The notes beneath the pieces are model-generated. The model saw nothing but the letters and a program-made list of their open reading frames with translations. It had not been told where the DNA came from and searched no databases. Shown here piece by piece: positions 24,601 through 38,570 of a DNA stretch of 64,000 nt (positions are counted from its first letter, which is position 1; each line of letters starts with the position of its first letter). The translations under genes and the position numbers were made by a program. This DNA is from Fimbriosthenelais zetlandica (lineage: Eukaryota). The DNA is taken from positions 20,584,001-20,648,000 of the forward strand of contig OZ365110.1 in NCBI GenBank assembly GCA_977030845.1, in the 5' to 3' direction.

Positions 24601-26039
24601 GTGTCCATTATGCCAGTGACCAGAGGTCACTTGTGTCCAGTTACATCCCCTCGATGGCCATTGTGATGATTTAACAGTCCCACTGCCCAGCGTCTCCCGT
24701 GATAGGCGCCGTTTGCTGACCTTAGAGGCAGGGGAGCAATGGAGGTTGAAAAGATGCCCTTATTTCAACACACCTCAAAAGTGAAAGTATAATAACTAGA
24801 GCTTAGGCAACCATTCAAAGGCAAGGATGGGTCACAGTGTCACTTGAAACAAATTGCCAGGATGTGGTTTCCTTTCCAACATGGGAATTCATAACATGTG
24901 TAATCTCCACCAGGCTAGGAAACACAATGAAATATCAAGAGTTGCGTCTCATTCAAGCCATCCAAATTCTGACATCCCAGTTAAGGATGTGAGCCATGCA
25001 GATTATTTTTCGAGGCCTTTAAGTTTAATATTATGCAAGATAATAAGTAATGGTTTAACCACATATGAATAATAATTTAAAAAGTGGACCGAAGATGATC
25101 TATGAGCCCAGGATGGTTCATACTATGATGATTTGTGTACACAGAACATATTAAATATAGCATAGACTGTATGTTCATAACAGTATGCAATACATGTATT
25201 TCCAAGGCACATGCCCATTACACATGGAAGCAAATGGAATTATAACCAAGCCGAGCTTCTCGATCAAAATATTAAGTATAATGGGTGTTTGAACGTTATC
25301 CATGCACCAAGACTTGGATACCATTCAAACCAAGACATAAATTATCTTGCTCTTAATGCTCCTAACTCGTGAGGTGAAGTTATCAGAGGATGACATGAGT
25401 GTGAGTATTAGGCTGGCTTGTGGCCAGCTGTGTGCATTGCTAACCCTCCCGCCAGGCCAGGGGCACGTGCAAGTTACCCAGCACGTTCAGAGCGCGTGTG
25501 CCACTTGAAAAAGACTGGTGGTCATCCCCTTGGGAGGCCCTTACCCATCACGTGACCTGGCTCAATCATAATTAACCATGACTACTTAAAGGTTCATTTA
25601 ACGGGACGTCTATCTATATTGAGGGGTAACATAGTACACCACAAGGCTTTCTTCTTGAATACCTGGCGAATAAAGAAAGCTTCCAATACATCAGCTGGTT
25701 CTTTAAGCATGAATATTGCAGTCAGATAAGTGTTTTACCAATAGGAAGGGTATGCGCCACTCAATTCGCCTGGCCCTTTCCTTTGCTGGGATCTGGGAAA
25801 GGAATGATTCAGATATATATACTGTATTGTGAATGGTCCATGCTGCTGATTACAATAGGATGGTCGTTTTTGAGGTCAGTGGAGAGTGGTGGGGTGGGGG
25901 GACATGTATATTAGAGTACTGATGGGAGGAGGGATGGGGACTGGCTGAGACCACATCATGCCACCAGAGAAAGGGTTGGCTATAGACGCTACAGTGTGGA
26001 AGGGCGGGGAATAGCTAGAGTATAGCTAAGGTGGTGTCT

Positions 26040-26300
26040 GCTTGCTGCTGTTCAGAGCTGCTTGCTGCTGCTCCTGGACCTCCTCCTCCTCCTCCTCCTT
26101 CTGCAATACCATCTGCTCCTTGCCACCTCCTTCTACGATCTGCTCACCCACGCCGGCTGCTCCATCTGCTCCCCCCCTGTGAAAAGCCTTGGCTTCAGAC
26201 TTGTAGCTTTTCCCCCTCAAGAAGAAGCTGTGAAATTCTAAGCCCTTGCTGCTGCACATTAGCAGCAGGGCTAGTGCCATCAGCAGCAGCAGCAGAAGCT
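26040..26300. repeat. Low-complexity triplet-rich tract (CCT run, GCA/CTG runs)
   Basis: (CCT)~6 at ~26079-26098 and (GCA)~4-5 at ~26281-26294. These runs explain the overlapping ORFs on both strands. Confidence 0.7.
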
Positions 26301-29300
26301 GGAAAGGGCATTAGCAGATGGGCAGCAGATGCTGACCATATGAAACTGAAGCGAGGCGGGGCCGAGCGAAGACGAAGCGAGTAGTCCTTCAACCAACGAG
26401 AAGCATTTCTAAACACTGCTTCTCAACACTGCACAGCATGGCAAGCAAGAAGCATCTTCGGGTTTCTCGCCCTTGTTGCTCAGACCTTGGAGGGATGGGG
26501 ACGAGGACTTACATGTATACATGTTTCTACAACTGGGGTGGAAAGACGGTGGTGTGTCAGCTTTCCTCAACCCATGTGATCACCACAGATACTGTGCCCA
26601 CGGACTGGTATTTACACCAAAGCTTATTCCATGTGAATGCACTTCATTTCTCCTTGGACTTGTCAGAGACTGCATGAGCAGAGGACGAAAAGGAAGAGGT
26701 GGAAAAGAAGGATGATGCTTGATTCAGGTCATTTTCCTTCTTTTCTATAAGCTACCACCTCCATCCATGCCGAGAAAGGGCATGAATGGCGCAGGAAACA
26801 TGCAGAGTGTGGCCTTTCCCCAATCTCCAAACCTGCCATCAAGATCAGCAATCCAGATAAGCCTTCTGACAGCCGGCAGGTAAGCAACATTTTCCCATGA
26901 CAGTTTACTATGACTTTTCTATACAATCAGCCAAGGTTGATAATCTATCCTACCTATTAAAGTTGCATAACCTTTGTAAAAGGTCAATACAAAGTATGAT
27001 GTTAATGTACTAAACCCTATCACCTGTTATAAATGGCAGTGCCCGCATGCATGAATCTGTATTGAACAAAGCCTCGCCAGCTTCTTTGTTCATTTTCCCC
27101 TTAATACAACCTCTCCCTGAACACGATGCTCCTCATGCAATGTACTGATAGAGGTGGCAATGATGGGATTTTTCCAAGCAGCACACTGGCTGGTGAGTAG
27201 TATGAGGCGATGGACATTTGCTTCAGGCTATGATGGGTGCCTGGCAAATGTGGCTGTCACATCAAGTTTGCCAGGTAAGCCCATCAGCAGGCTCCCCGCT
27301 CTCGTACCTTCTCAGGTAAGGAGAGAAGATGGCCTCAGGTGTTCTCAACCATCACGCCTTAACAAAAGGTGTGGCTGCTTACTGAGCTGCTCAGCTATTT
27401 CTGGGCCCTCCACTGAGGTGTCAATCTCAATAGGTGTGTCAGTAGACACAAACCAGACCCACAAGGTATAAACTAACAGGGAAATGATAAAGTTTCCCTT
27501 CTTGCATGGCACCATTTCCCTCTCTGTTTTGTGGGCTCAATCATATGGTAAATCGTAAAAGCCAATATTATTTAAAGGCAACTTATTTGAACTATTATAC
27601 CTGCTGAAAACTAAATATTCGTCGTAAATATATTTCCCGAAATCAGAGTGCAATGCAATTGTGAATTCCATTGTGAATATACTGTAATATAAGGTAAGGT
27701 AGTGTAATAAAAATATATCCAATAGGCTCATGCACAAAAGCTTATGATGGGAATATCTATATTTGTTTGGTCCATTAATGCGTAAAGCCACTCTTAAAGA
27801 TACTGCAAAAGAAAGCTGGTACCGGTATTTTTAAATTTTATCCTCGAGAACTTAGTATAGGACATGATGTTTTAAGATATCCTCTTGCAAGACAAATTAA
27901 ACCTTCTAGACAGGGCAACAATTAGAAACAATTGATTCAAGAATTATTAAGGAACGCGTGGGAATGGATTATTTTGATATCGTCAACGACAAATCCTGTG
28001 GTACATTTCAGACACACTTTAAAGTGGTGTGAAGGGAGGGGATTTAGCTTCATGCCTCTTCAACCTGTTGTAATGGTTACTCTTTGAAAGTTCTTTTAGA
28101 ACTGTGAACATAATATTTATCCCAACGAGAAAGTATTTAGGCAATTCCAGTACCGATATATCATTTTGTTCTATGTATTTGAACTCACTCAGGATCGAGG
28201 TTATTATAGGAAAAGACATGTTGATTATGATAGAGATATTCAGTGGGGGTTTTCCACACAGTTCTGACAGTACAAACAGTAAGAACCACGCCCACAGTGA
28301 CCCCGCGTGGCGTGCTGGCGACACCAACGTTCGCCAAGTCTCGTTTGTAGCGGGATTTGCTTTGATACGCCATATTGATCCCTACAAGCATACACGGTCA
28401 CGCCCCGGACGCACACATGCCCCTATCTCTAGAGACAGCCCATTTCGCGGAAATTGCTCTCTATCGATTAGGAATAACGTTTCTTCGATGCTGAGAGCTG
28501 CTGGGCTGCGACGAGAGTCCATCATTGACCAGAACATACAAGCCTGTTAGTCTGAAACCACGCCAGAAATCAGAGAAAAATAGGAAAAATAAGTCCCCCA
28601 CAAACAAGCTGTGTTCATATCCAATTCCGTTTTATATACAAGCTCCTGTTATATATAGGGTGGAAGAAATGGTAGATATAGCATAGCGAGGGGGAGGAAT
28701 ATAAAACCGAGGGCATCAGATGGTTGACACAAAGTATGGAATAAAACTAAGGAAGAAAGGATTAAGAGAGGGAATGGCTTTATTATGTAGCTCGGACGAT
28801 CTATATGCCAGGGCATCGACCAGACTTCCATGTGTCTATGAGAGCCAAGTATTACCGGTAGTAGGGACAAGTGCCTGTTGCTACTGCCATATAACATGGT
28901 TTGGGCGTGAAGAGTGTCTACCAGTGGCTTCAGGCATGGCTTCTAGCCTGCCATCCAGTCTGCCACTTGCACCAGCCTTGGCCCCGCCCAGTTCGCAACC
29001 AGTGCACCTCAGAAGACAAACACGCTTTGACCTTTCCAACCCTCTCCATGATTAAAGAAGAAAAGCAAAGGCAGTTTGTCTCAGACAAACAGACCAGATA
29101 ATGGCTGAAACCCCTGTAGGAAATTATCAACGAGCTACACTGGTAGGGGAGCAGCCGGGAACTTTTTTCTTTCGTTCGTGCAAAGTTCAAAGCTTGGTGG
29201 TGACTATAGATTGTCATTTCCTGGAGCGAATCTCAAGAGGAGTACCAGTCTTTGATGGGTATTTGTAAATGCTCTGGCTCTTTATCATGACAAAAGAATG

Positions 29301-31111
29301 TACATGAAATAATTCCCATCCGTCGTCTATTCTCTGTAGCCACCCGTCCTCCATCTCTGAAAACATTGACTTTGAAAATGATCGTTGTTATGTGATATTC
29401 TGGGGTTTGGTTTGGGTTTGAAGCAGATTTGAATTATTATTTTCAGTCAGGTTTTCCTACACCAGGGTCCTTAATTCACTTAAGGCCTAAGTATATTTTC
29501 AAATAATATGTTGAGGCACCCTTGTTGTGTCACCCTTTCGTTTGGCGAAATCGGGGATATTATCGATTAAAATGAATATTCTAGGTCAGTTGGAAACATG
29601 ACCTGCCCCTAGACACATTTGCCTTGGGTGTTTGGATAAAAGGTGAGGTTTTTAACTCACTGCTTTATGTATAGTCAACATTCCGTGCAAACATTAGAGA
29701 AGAAGAGACTTAGATCTGTTTAAAGTGATCTGGCCCACATTTCCCGCTGGTGCCGCGTCCTCTGATGGACTAATCAGGCAAACCAACCCCGCCGCGCCTC
29801 TCCGCGCACGCTCCACGCACCGGAAGTAAACCAACATGTGCACGCACCAGCTCTCATCCATCTGCAGATCACGAAAAACATCTCTGTCAAATTCCCCTTT
29901 TATCCACCAAGATGTTTTCATTAAAACCCTTCTGTCATTGATCTGACGTATAATTGCCGTCGGACTATTTTTGTGCACTGATACTGTATTAAATGCCTGG
30001 TAGTGGTTCGATCGTCATCAGTCGAATATCTACTTTCCAACCTTAATCCAACAAGACCAACCGATGACCCTATCCTCTGACGTCATCAGTATGGCGGATC
30101 CCATGAAGAAAGGGGAGGTTGGTCGATATTTTACACAGCCTTCACTGATAGCGTGGCTCTCCCTCCACAGTCTCTCCATCCTCCCTGTTAGGTCTTTTTC
30201 ACAAAGCTCGACTTTCAGTGGAGTTTTGATGGACTATTTTCTCTTGCCGCGCAGGAGCCCATCTATCTGTGCCCCTCCGCTGGCTGAGCAGCTGTATCCG
30301 GTGCAGGTATTATAATTAAGATCCGTTGCCAATTAAATCCGATTGTGCCTCCCCCGTGTAGGACCGTCTGTTAAAGACATTTTTAGCGAACCCCTACAGA
30401 ATTCTGTGACGATGGGTTAAGTCCTTGAGAAATATTTAAAACTAGGCACCCATTTTATTGCAGTTTTAAATGGCAAAGACTACATGCCTTACAAGTGCCA
30501 TCAAAATGGTGGGGCATGTGTGATTACTTTCCCTTCAGTCATCGAGATGATATTTCCAAATCACTGTTTTCCCCTGAAGGCCAGTACGACCATGGCACTC
30601 CACAAATTATTTTTTCCCTTTGTACTCCTCTTTTAATATCTAACTGATCAGACAAGCGGGAAATTTCGGGGGCTTCAGGTGCATTCTGTGGTCGTGAGAT
30701 AGACTTAATAGTGACCCTCCATCCCCCAATCTTCAGAGAGTTGGATCCCAATGTCCCTCACCTCTCCCCACCGTTTGTATAGGAGGTCGGGCATGACCGG
30801 CGCAATATCTACCCTCTTAACCGTTCACTGCACTCCATTTCTGGCCAACTGTAATTCCAGAAGTCACCAAGGAGGCCAGGCCAATCTGCCCTCCAGTGCT
30901 CCCGTTCGTTATACCCAACTGTTTTTCGCCGTTTATGGCTCGATTGATATGAATTTACCATGCGGTCGGATCCAATTTTCTCCCATGTCTGCGTTACCAT
31001 AGCGACCAATGGCAGTTTATCGAACCCTGCTTTCGGGCAGGGAATAATGCCTGGTCTTTCGAGCTCCCCATACTGCCATTGCCGTTTCCATGCCCCCAGT
31101 ATATTCTGTCC

Positions 31112-31125
31112 GTTGCCATGGTAAC
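31112..31125. promoter_or_regulatory. RFX X-box
   Basis: GTTGCCATGGTAAC within near-palindromic CCGTTGCCATGGTAACGG. A second X-box-like site, GTTACCATAGCGAC, is at 30993-31006. Confidence 0.6.
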
Positions 31126-33247
31126 GGTTTCCTTAGTACTCGCATCGGATAGATGAATGGGCGGGCTAGTCTGGACAAGTGATGCAGGGAGCTATTGTGT
31201 ATTGGTCGGTATATATATGGGTTAGTTTCCGGTATGGGTGATAGACAGCTGTATGTATGATGACATATATATATTATTATTATATACCAGAGACCTTATA
31301 ATATTAGGAATTAAGGTAGCTGTATCCAAATAGAGAGTCTACAATCATGTATCATATTCATCCTTCGGATGATAATTCGGATGATAAAAAATAAAATTAT
31401 GTCAATATTGGACATCGGCATCTATAGGATCTATAATGCTAATCTCGAACTTATCGCCTATGCAGGTCTACATAATTACACATCAAAATGTATTATTATA
31501 CATAATTATCAGAGATAAGGTGCATATTATTAGCCTAACGGAAAGAAAGTTTATAATTGACCATATATTTATGAATTATACTTGAACACTGCATATTATG
31601 TTATAGTAATCAGTATTAGTAAAATTGTGTGTTAGATGAAAGTATCATTTTAACCATCCCGATGGTCTTTTAGGTGTGGCTATAACAGATTTCACAATGC
31701 CGTGAAATGATTGATGAAAGAAGTGTGTCCTTTAGTTAGGAGGCGGCCAGGGGAGGAAAGGCCTTAATGGGTTTTAACTTAGCCACTGATGGGTGCCAAG
31801 AGAGCTGTAACAGGTATTGGAGGTGATGACCGAGGGCCTCAAGTGTCCACAATGCGGGTACACACTAAGGGCAACAGGTCTCGCCCTCAGCTAAGGGTCC
31901 TTTCCCATCTGACCCTCCTAAGGGCCTCCTCACTTCCGCCCGCCGCTCTGTCCTTCATAGCGATGCATATTAACGGCGCCTACCGCATTTATCATAATCA
32001 ATTCTCACTAACAGATGGTGGGTCATCTATTTCTAAATTAGTTAATTGCCACTGACCACAATTATAGATTTTTATGCCCCATTGGTTAAAAAATAACTGT
32101 AGATTGTAATCGGATTCTTTATGAATATATTTGCCTTTTTACCTGAATTAATTGGTATCAATTATAAGTCCATGCGTTAAGGAAAATAATGTCTTGAATT
32201 TTACTGATATATATTCTAATAATTACTACCCTCAGATTTAAGTTATCGGAGGAGGTGAGAAGTTAGAACACCTTCCCAATTACCTTTCAACATATTCCAC
32301 CTCAAATGAGGCTTTGATCGCTGAATGAGCAACACCTACCAACTGACCGCAGCCCCTAGCCTCAGCAGCAGTGGTCAGTCTACATCAGTTCTGGGTGGCT
32401 GCACCTTGACTGACCGCTGCAATTTACAAAGGCCCGCTGAGCTGAGAGGAATGATTGCCATTGACACCTCACTCAGACAAAGAGAGCTAGGACATGGCTG
32501 GGGCTGGGGAAAGTGGACAGGTGGGCCCTCATCAGAATCACATAACGGACCAGAGACACATCTGGGTCTGGTTATTGGTTATACCCCGGAGGTTCTGCTA
32601 ATGGCTTATTACCGTCCTTCAATCAAAGCATTATTGTTGCAAAGGCTGCATGTTTCTGATCTCTATAAAAATGCTTTTAACATTATTATTTAAATAAATA
32701 CGGTCAGATTGTGAAAAAACACATTATATAAATCCCTATATGCGATAATAATGAGGCAATTCCTCCAAATATTGTGTTTTACAACTGCATTTGATTAAAT
32801 GTTCGGAAATATTGTAAAATTAATATAATTGTCTAATTAAGTCTTTAACAGTTCTGTGTGTTTAATCTAAGTTGAATTAAAGCTGTCAATTTGTAATAAT
32901 TTTTTATACGATTTAGGAATAAACATAATCAGAGCAGAAGTACGCATATTTAGCTGTCTATAATATACAAAATGTAAATAAGATAATAGAATTGTTTAAA
33001 AATTGCAATAGATTTTTGATGGGAAGTTCCTTTGAGAACCAGTTAATATCATAAATGGTGCTCAATCCTACATATTAAACGGCTCGACCATGCATACCAA
33101 AGCAGACATTTTTCTTCCCAAATGTTCTAAACCAATCACCTCCTCATCTGCGGGCCAATAGCGGGTCTATTAACTTATCTAATTTGTATAATGAATGAAT
33201 CTGATTAACGCGATAATTGGTTTGACAAAGGGGAAGCTTGGCCCATT

Positions 33248-33289
33248 GCCATAACTATGAGTATGTTTGCCGCAACTATGAGAATGTTT
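33248..33289. repeat. 21-bp tandem duplication
   Basis: GCCATAACTATGAGTATGTTT / GCCGCAACTATGAGAATGTTT (3 mismatches). Confidence 0.7.
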
Positions 33290-36200
33290 CATATGAAGAT
33301 TCATTAATGTTCATCTCAGGGTGCAGCATGCAGTGTTCACAACGCTATTTGGTCCAGTATTTCCTATCCAGGTGTTTATAACAGAACTACATTTAGAACA
33401 ATTTGACAAAGCATCAGCTCTGAGAATACGTCCCCTCGATAAATGTACAGTATATTTATATCTGACACATGTGTCAGAAAATTGATAAGTTTTGTAACAC
33501 AAAATGTGAGTTGATGATGATACACGTTTCATGGTACTTTAAGAGTAATTTAACTTTCAGCCATCATGCCAAAACACTGAAACCCCTTCATAAATTCGTT
33601 TGTATTACAAAATGGGCAGAATTCCACTGCCTTAATGTTTGAGTTCCCTCTTTAAGAGAGTCTGCCAATTGTCTCTAAACCGCCCCATTTTCGCTCAGCC
33701 GAGTGGGAAAGAAAAAGTCACCCCATTCTTGATATTGACGATAATGACGTCTGGCGAAGATAAAACCCCAACAGAACAAGGAATATTCTCAAGTCTTGAA
33801 ATGACAAATATAAATCCCTCAGATATCCAGACTCGCTGCTGCTTTAAATGCAAGCATTCGTCGGCCTTAAGCGGTCGAAGAGGCAATGTAGGGGAAAAAG
33901 GAGGAGTGAAAGAGACAGGGAAAAGGGAGAAACTAGTGAGAACAAAGAGTATCGCATGTTGTGTTCAACATTACATCAATATTGGCCTCCGTCTGCCAGC
34001 TAATAGCCTCCGCCATCTTAACAAGGCTTCAGTAGGGCTACCAGCACCCCTGGAAACCCACCCAGGCAGCAGGAGAACATCCAGCAGCCGTTTACCACCA
34101 AACTCCTTTTCCATTAGTATCACTAATTAGTCGGAGCCGGGGATAAAGCCATTTTTCATAGCCTCTAATACAGGTGATAATGACCTCAAGTATGAGAAGG
34201 ACGCGGACGCTGACTTAATTAATGATGGATTATTTACATGTAAGCAAAAAGATATAATAAATAATTATATACTTTCCCCATTTTCATTACATAGCCTGGA
34301 TGAGATTTTGAAAAATAAAACCCATTTTGTGATGCATTGATTGATATCTTCACCATAATATTTGGTTGCTCATAACATGACAGATTATATTTTTATTTTT
34401 TTGCCAGTTCTGGTTAACTTATTCATGATCGTGGTAAGGTTTCGAACCTATGATCAATAATTTTGACAATCTGAGAGAGAATATGAAACAGATGATTTAA
34501 TAGCATGCGGCTTTGTTATAAGAAATACAATGTTTATAAATGCAATATGCAAATGTAATGTTGACCTTGCCATATATCAATGTCATACTGATGGCGTTTT
34601 ATGTACATCTTTGTCAGGGATGTTATGTGAGGGGTTTATTCGCCACAGCGCACCTGTGTGCGGCCTAATGGGCTTGTCGATGGATGGCTAATACCCTTTG
34701 CAGGTGGCAGAGCATGGGGTGGGAGCCCTTCAACAAACGTGCATGTGTAATGGGCATAACATGTGACCTGGCATGGAGGGGATCGTGCAGACAGCAGGGA
34801 GCCTCACATCACTCCCTGCCTTGCAACTTGATCTGCATCAGTGATTAAAAACAGAGGCATTTTACCTGTGTCATAAAATACCAATCACCATTAGCCAGTT
34901 CCCTCCAAAATCAACTCCAGGCTTTATGCACAGATGAAAAGTAATCATTTGTATTTCTCGGGCTAATAAATTGACTTTCGTCAGCAGAGAACCGATTGTA
35001 TTCTGCTGTGAGCATGAATGGCATTGAATTTTGTCCCGAATACTGAAATTGATTCATGTGCATGGCGCTATAAATATTGGGACCTAACATATTTTCTGCA
35101 ATTTATTTGATACACTTGGAAATGTTCTGGTCAATAAGAGGTTTCATATGCTGTGGTGGACCACCTTTTTTCTATTAACTGGTATCAAAGACAGGACATC
35201 AAAGCTTGGGCAAGATGCAGATGAGCATGCGAATGCAGGTCTTAGACATGTGCAATGGCAATTGCTCTTTGTGAGGCCATCTCTCTCGTCCAACTTCCAA
35301 GAATCCCACATCTTCTTTCCTGACAAAAGCATATCTGGATAATTGTTCCCTGATTGGTGTGGATTCAAAGTACAAAGCTATAGAAAAAGCACCGTAACAG
35401 GTGGCGTGGATCTATAGTCTAGAGGACGAGACGGAAGCCACACAAAGTCCACCACGCCCATGCGCAGTCAAATAAGACCGGAAGTTGGAGAAGAGCTGTG
35501 TAAATGAACTGTAAAAAGTTGGTGGGGAACGTGGATAGGGGATGAGCCATAAACCTGGTTCATCTAGATTTATAATCTGTTTGCTCTGTCCGGATCCTAG
35601 GGAATTGAGAGGTCCCCTTAGGAACATGTGACTTATTATAAGTATCGCCTGTCTGAGGTAGCAGAAATATTAACGTTTCCATTTATATTTATCTGTGTGA
35701 TTATTACATATAGCGTTCTCGGATTCAACGGATTCAAAGTCCGAAAGAAATTAATTGAAATAGCTGTATGCCAAATCCATCGACAATTATATAATAACTT
35801 ACAGAAGAAAGATCCCAACTCAATCAAGAAACTTGGTGGATTAATTGTCTTATTCCATAAGTTTCAACTCGATAAATACAATGTCAAAACCATCTAGCTC
35901 TCTGACACTCTCCAGCTTTCCTTATGGCGATTCACCAAATAACTAGTACCTTACCTATTTTGTATCATTTATTTAATGATCTAGGTGAATGTGAAGAGGC
36001 CCTGAACGTCTTCTGAGTTCGAGGCTGCGTGGGTATTATCCTAGCTAAAGAGATAAGGGAATGGGGGCCGTTACTTAAAAATCTTCTAGAGCTTCCATTG
36101 GTTAATCAAAACCAATTGGATTTTAAGGCAATGCCACATTGCCTGCTCTACGGCATGGATGCCATTTTATAACAGGGCCTGACCCTTCGTTCATAAGTTA

Positions 36201-37377
36201 CCCTTTCACATACCAATCAAGCACCATCTTGAAATTATTCTCTTTTATGAAACAGTCCCTTCACTACTTGTAACACACCTTCCACTTTGAGGAGGCACAG
36301 GTGCACGACTACCGTTCCGATAATAACATCCATAATGCATGCTTATTTTGACGGCCAAGACCTGTGGGGGGCGTTCGCCGAGCATCTCCTCTACTCTTCT
36401 GCACCAAAAAGACACGGTGCGCACCAGCCCCACGCACCAGCCAGAACAGCTCTCTGTATATTAGTCACCCCAGATACATCATTGATAAGCAACAAATTAG
36501 GGATCAAAGAGAAAGAGGAGAGGAGCGTTGTGACGGTCTCGAAGATGAGAGGAGGAGGCAAGCTTTGGTCTATGGGAGTGCACATAGTCTATGGTCTCTG
36601 TGTGACTTACATATATGTGATGGAGTCAGGGCAAGTTTTCCATAATGGGGGTGACAGACTGGCCGAGCACACATAAATATACCAACTCTCCCCTCCCTAC
36701 TTCTATCTTTTCCCTGGTGTCCTCCACAGAGAATTGCTTTTTTCTCTGATTCACCTGAATTAGCATCAAACAGAATAAAAAGAACTATATGGTGTAGTTC
36801 AGACATTAACGTTCTAACATCACGTTCTGATCCCGAAGACGCTGACTTCCATCAAAATTTAATAATTATATTCATCACTTGTAACCAATAATTCTGGCTA
36901 ATTTAAAGATTCGTCTGCAAGTTCTGAATTCGGAGGCGGAATAGAACATTTTCTTAAATAGGAGGGCATAAACAAAATAAGGTGAAAGACCTTCGGCAGA
37001 AAAAAACAAGTCTGATTGCCAGAAGGAAATCTTCAGAGGAATTAAGGTCTTTTTTAGAAGGCTGAGGTCATTTGATGACAAGGATTGAGTGTTGATGCAA
37101 ATTGTCCCCTTTTTCCACCAGAGGAAGATGAGATTAATCAGAACTTGGTAGCTTTGTTATGTAGATGGTGATTTTAATCGATGACAAATCGGATTACATG
37201 CTGCCGTGATGTTGGAAGAAAGAAGATTGCAAATCTTGCCTGGCAGAGGCCAAAAAGAAAGAGAAAGATTGCATATTCTTATTGTACCCTCTCATAAGCA
37301 CCCTGAACTGGGCCTACCTCAGGTGCCTGCTGCAACGACCTCACTTGGGATTTGGCGAACTATCTTCTTTCTTCCCA

Positions 37378-37391
37378 GTTGCCATGGAAAC
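37378..37391. promoter_or_regulatory. RFX X-box
   Basis: GTTGCCATGGAAAC. Confidence 0.55.
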
Positions 37392-37879
37392 CGTCGAAAT
37401 GCTGCATTAAATATAAACATAGCCAGCAGCCCCTGATCCTGTGGGAAAACGACTAGGAATGCCGACGAAAAAAGAAATAGAACGAGTGGGCTCTCTTCAG
37501 ATTGCTAACCGAGAACAGTTATTGTATTACATTGAAAAACCGAGGAGGAAAGAGCCAAATAAGGAACACAGCGAAATAAAAAAGTGCTGGATAGATAGTT
37601 AGGGATGAAGATGTCATATGCAAGACATGTTTCTAATTGAGGTGCTGATCACTATTGGTCCAGGGCTGATCATGGATGCAGGAAGGGATGAGTAATAGTG
37701 GAGACTGAGGTGGTCTGGCAGGAATTATTGGTTCTGGAAGGGGAGGACATAACGTGTTTTATTAACGTCTGGTGGGCAGGTCGAGGGCCCAGAGTATTGA
37801 TGTAAGCTCCTGCTCAACTGCCTGGTTGGTACTGGGAATATTGCCTAGCTGCAAGAGTCTACAGGGCCAGAACTGGTGC

Positions 37880-38070
37880 TGGTCTTGCAGCTGATGGTGG
37901 TGGTGCTGCTGTGGTTCTGTGGTGTCAGCAGAGGATGGTGTTGGTGGCAGGGATGGGAGATGGTGGTGGTGGTGGTGGTGGTGTCGAGTGCCAAAAGCAG
38001 TGGTGCTGCTAGATGTACCACCATGATGGAGGTGGTGGCAGTGGTGCTGGTGACTGATAATAGTGGTGCC
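37880..38070. repeat. Low-complexity (GGT)n / GGTGCT-rich tract
   Basis: (GGT)7 at ~37963-37983 with flanking degenerate GGT/GCT triplets. Confidence 0.75.
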
Positions 38071-38376
38071 CCAGAGGAAGAAGAGAACCCGGCACAGCGA
38101 AGAGGGAGATCAGAAAGGAATGAAGAGCAGAAAAAAGAGGAAGAGCAGCATCACAACCAAGCATAGGGACGGAGACCATCCAGCATGATAACTCCCAAAC
38201 ATGCATCGATCCTTCACAACATCCCTACTACTTTCCCCATCCTCCCATTTTCCCCTACTAGGGAAGCCATGGAAAACAGTAGTGGTGCTGATGGTAAAAG
38301 CATCAAGCATATTGATTGCATCCATACACAGCTGACATTGACAGTGCCTCCTCCCCCTTCTCTTGTTTATTCCAAG

Positions 38377-38570
38377 GGGTGATACACTGAACAAGGGCGT
38401 GATACGGCCTATTTGTTCATTGAGATTGGATGGATTCAGCGACACCGGAGCGATGGCACGACCACTTTCATCGGCTGATCATCGCGGCTTGATGCAACAC
38501 GCGGAGGGGATCCAGCATCTAACCATCAGGCAAAACCCAAGGACAACCAGCTGCTTCAAGAACTGTTGCG
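38377..38570 (+). CDS. Candidate isolated exon of an unidentified plus-strand gene (MARPLSSADHRGLMQHAEGIQHLTIRQNPRTTSCFKNCC...)
   Basis: Long pyrimidine tract CCTCCTCCCCCTTCTCTTGTTTATTCCAAG|, a frame open across the exon, GCGATGG start context at 38453, and donor GCG|GTAGGT at 38570/38571. No homology recognised. Confidence 0.25.

Noticed and set aside
30000-30020. GGTAGTGGTTCGATC, tRNA T-loop/B-box-like
   Set aside because: No cloverleaf or A-box spacing; the B-box consensus is incomplete.
33517-33581. ATGATGA...CTGA spacing like a C/D snoRNA, with an 11-nt match to the 28S CUCUUAAGGUA region
   Set aside because: The match is not followed by a D or D' box and the terminal stem is only 3 bp; expected by chance.
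33639-34130. Longest ORF in the window (163 aa)
   Set aside because: Non-ATG start, no recognisable domain, and no convincing splice boundaries; length is compatible with chance.
36335-36367. MHAYFDGQDLW, similar to a Copia gag N-terminal motif
   Set aside because: Only about 10 residues match; no LTR, PBS or downstream pol.
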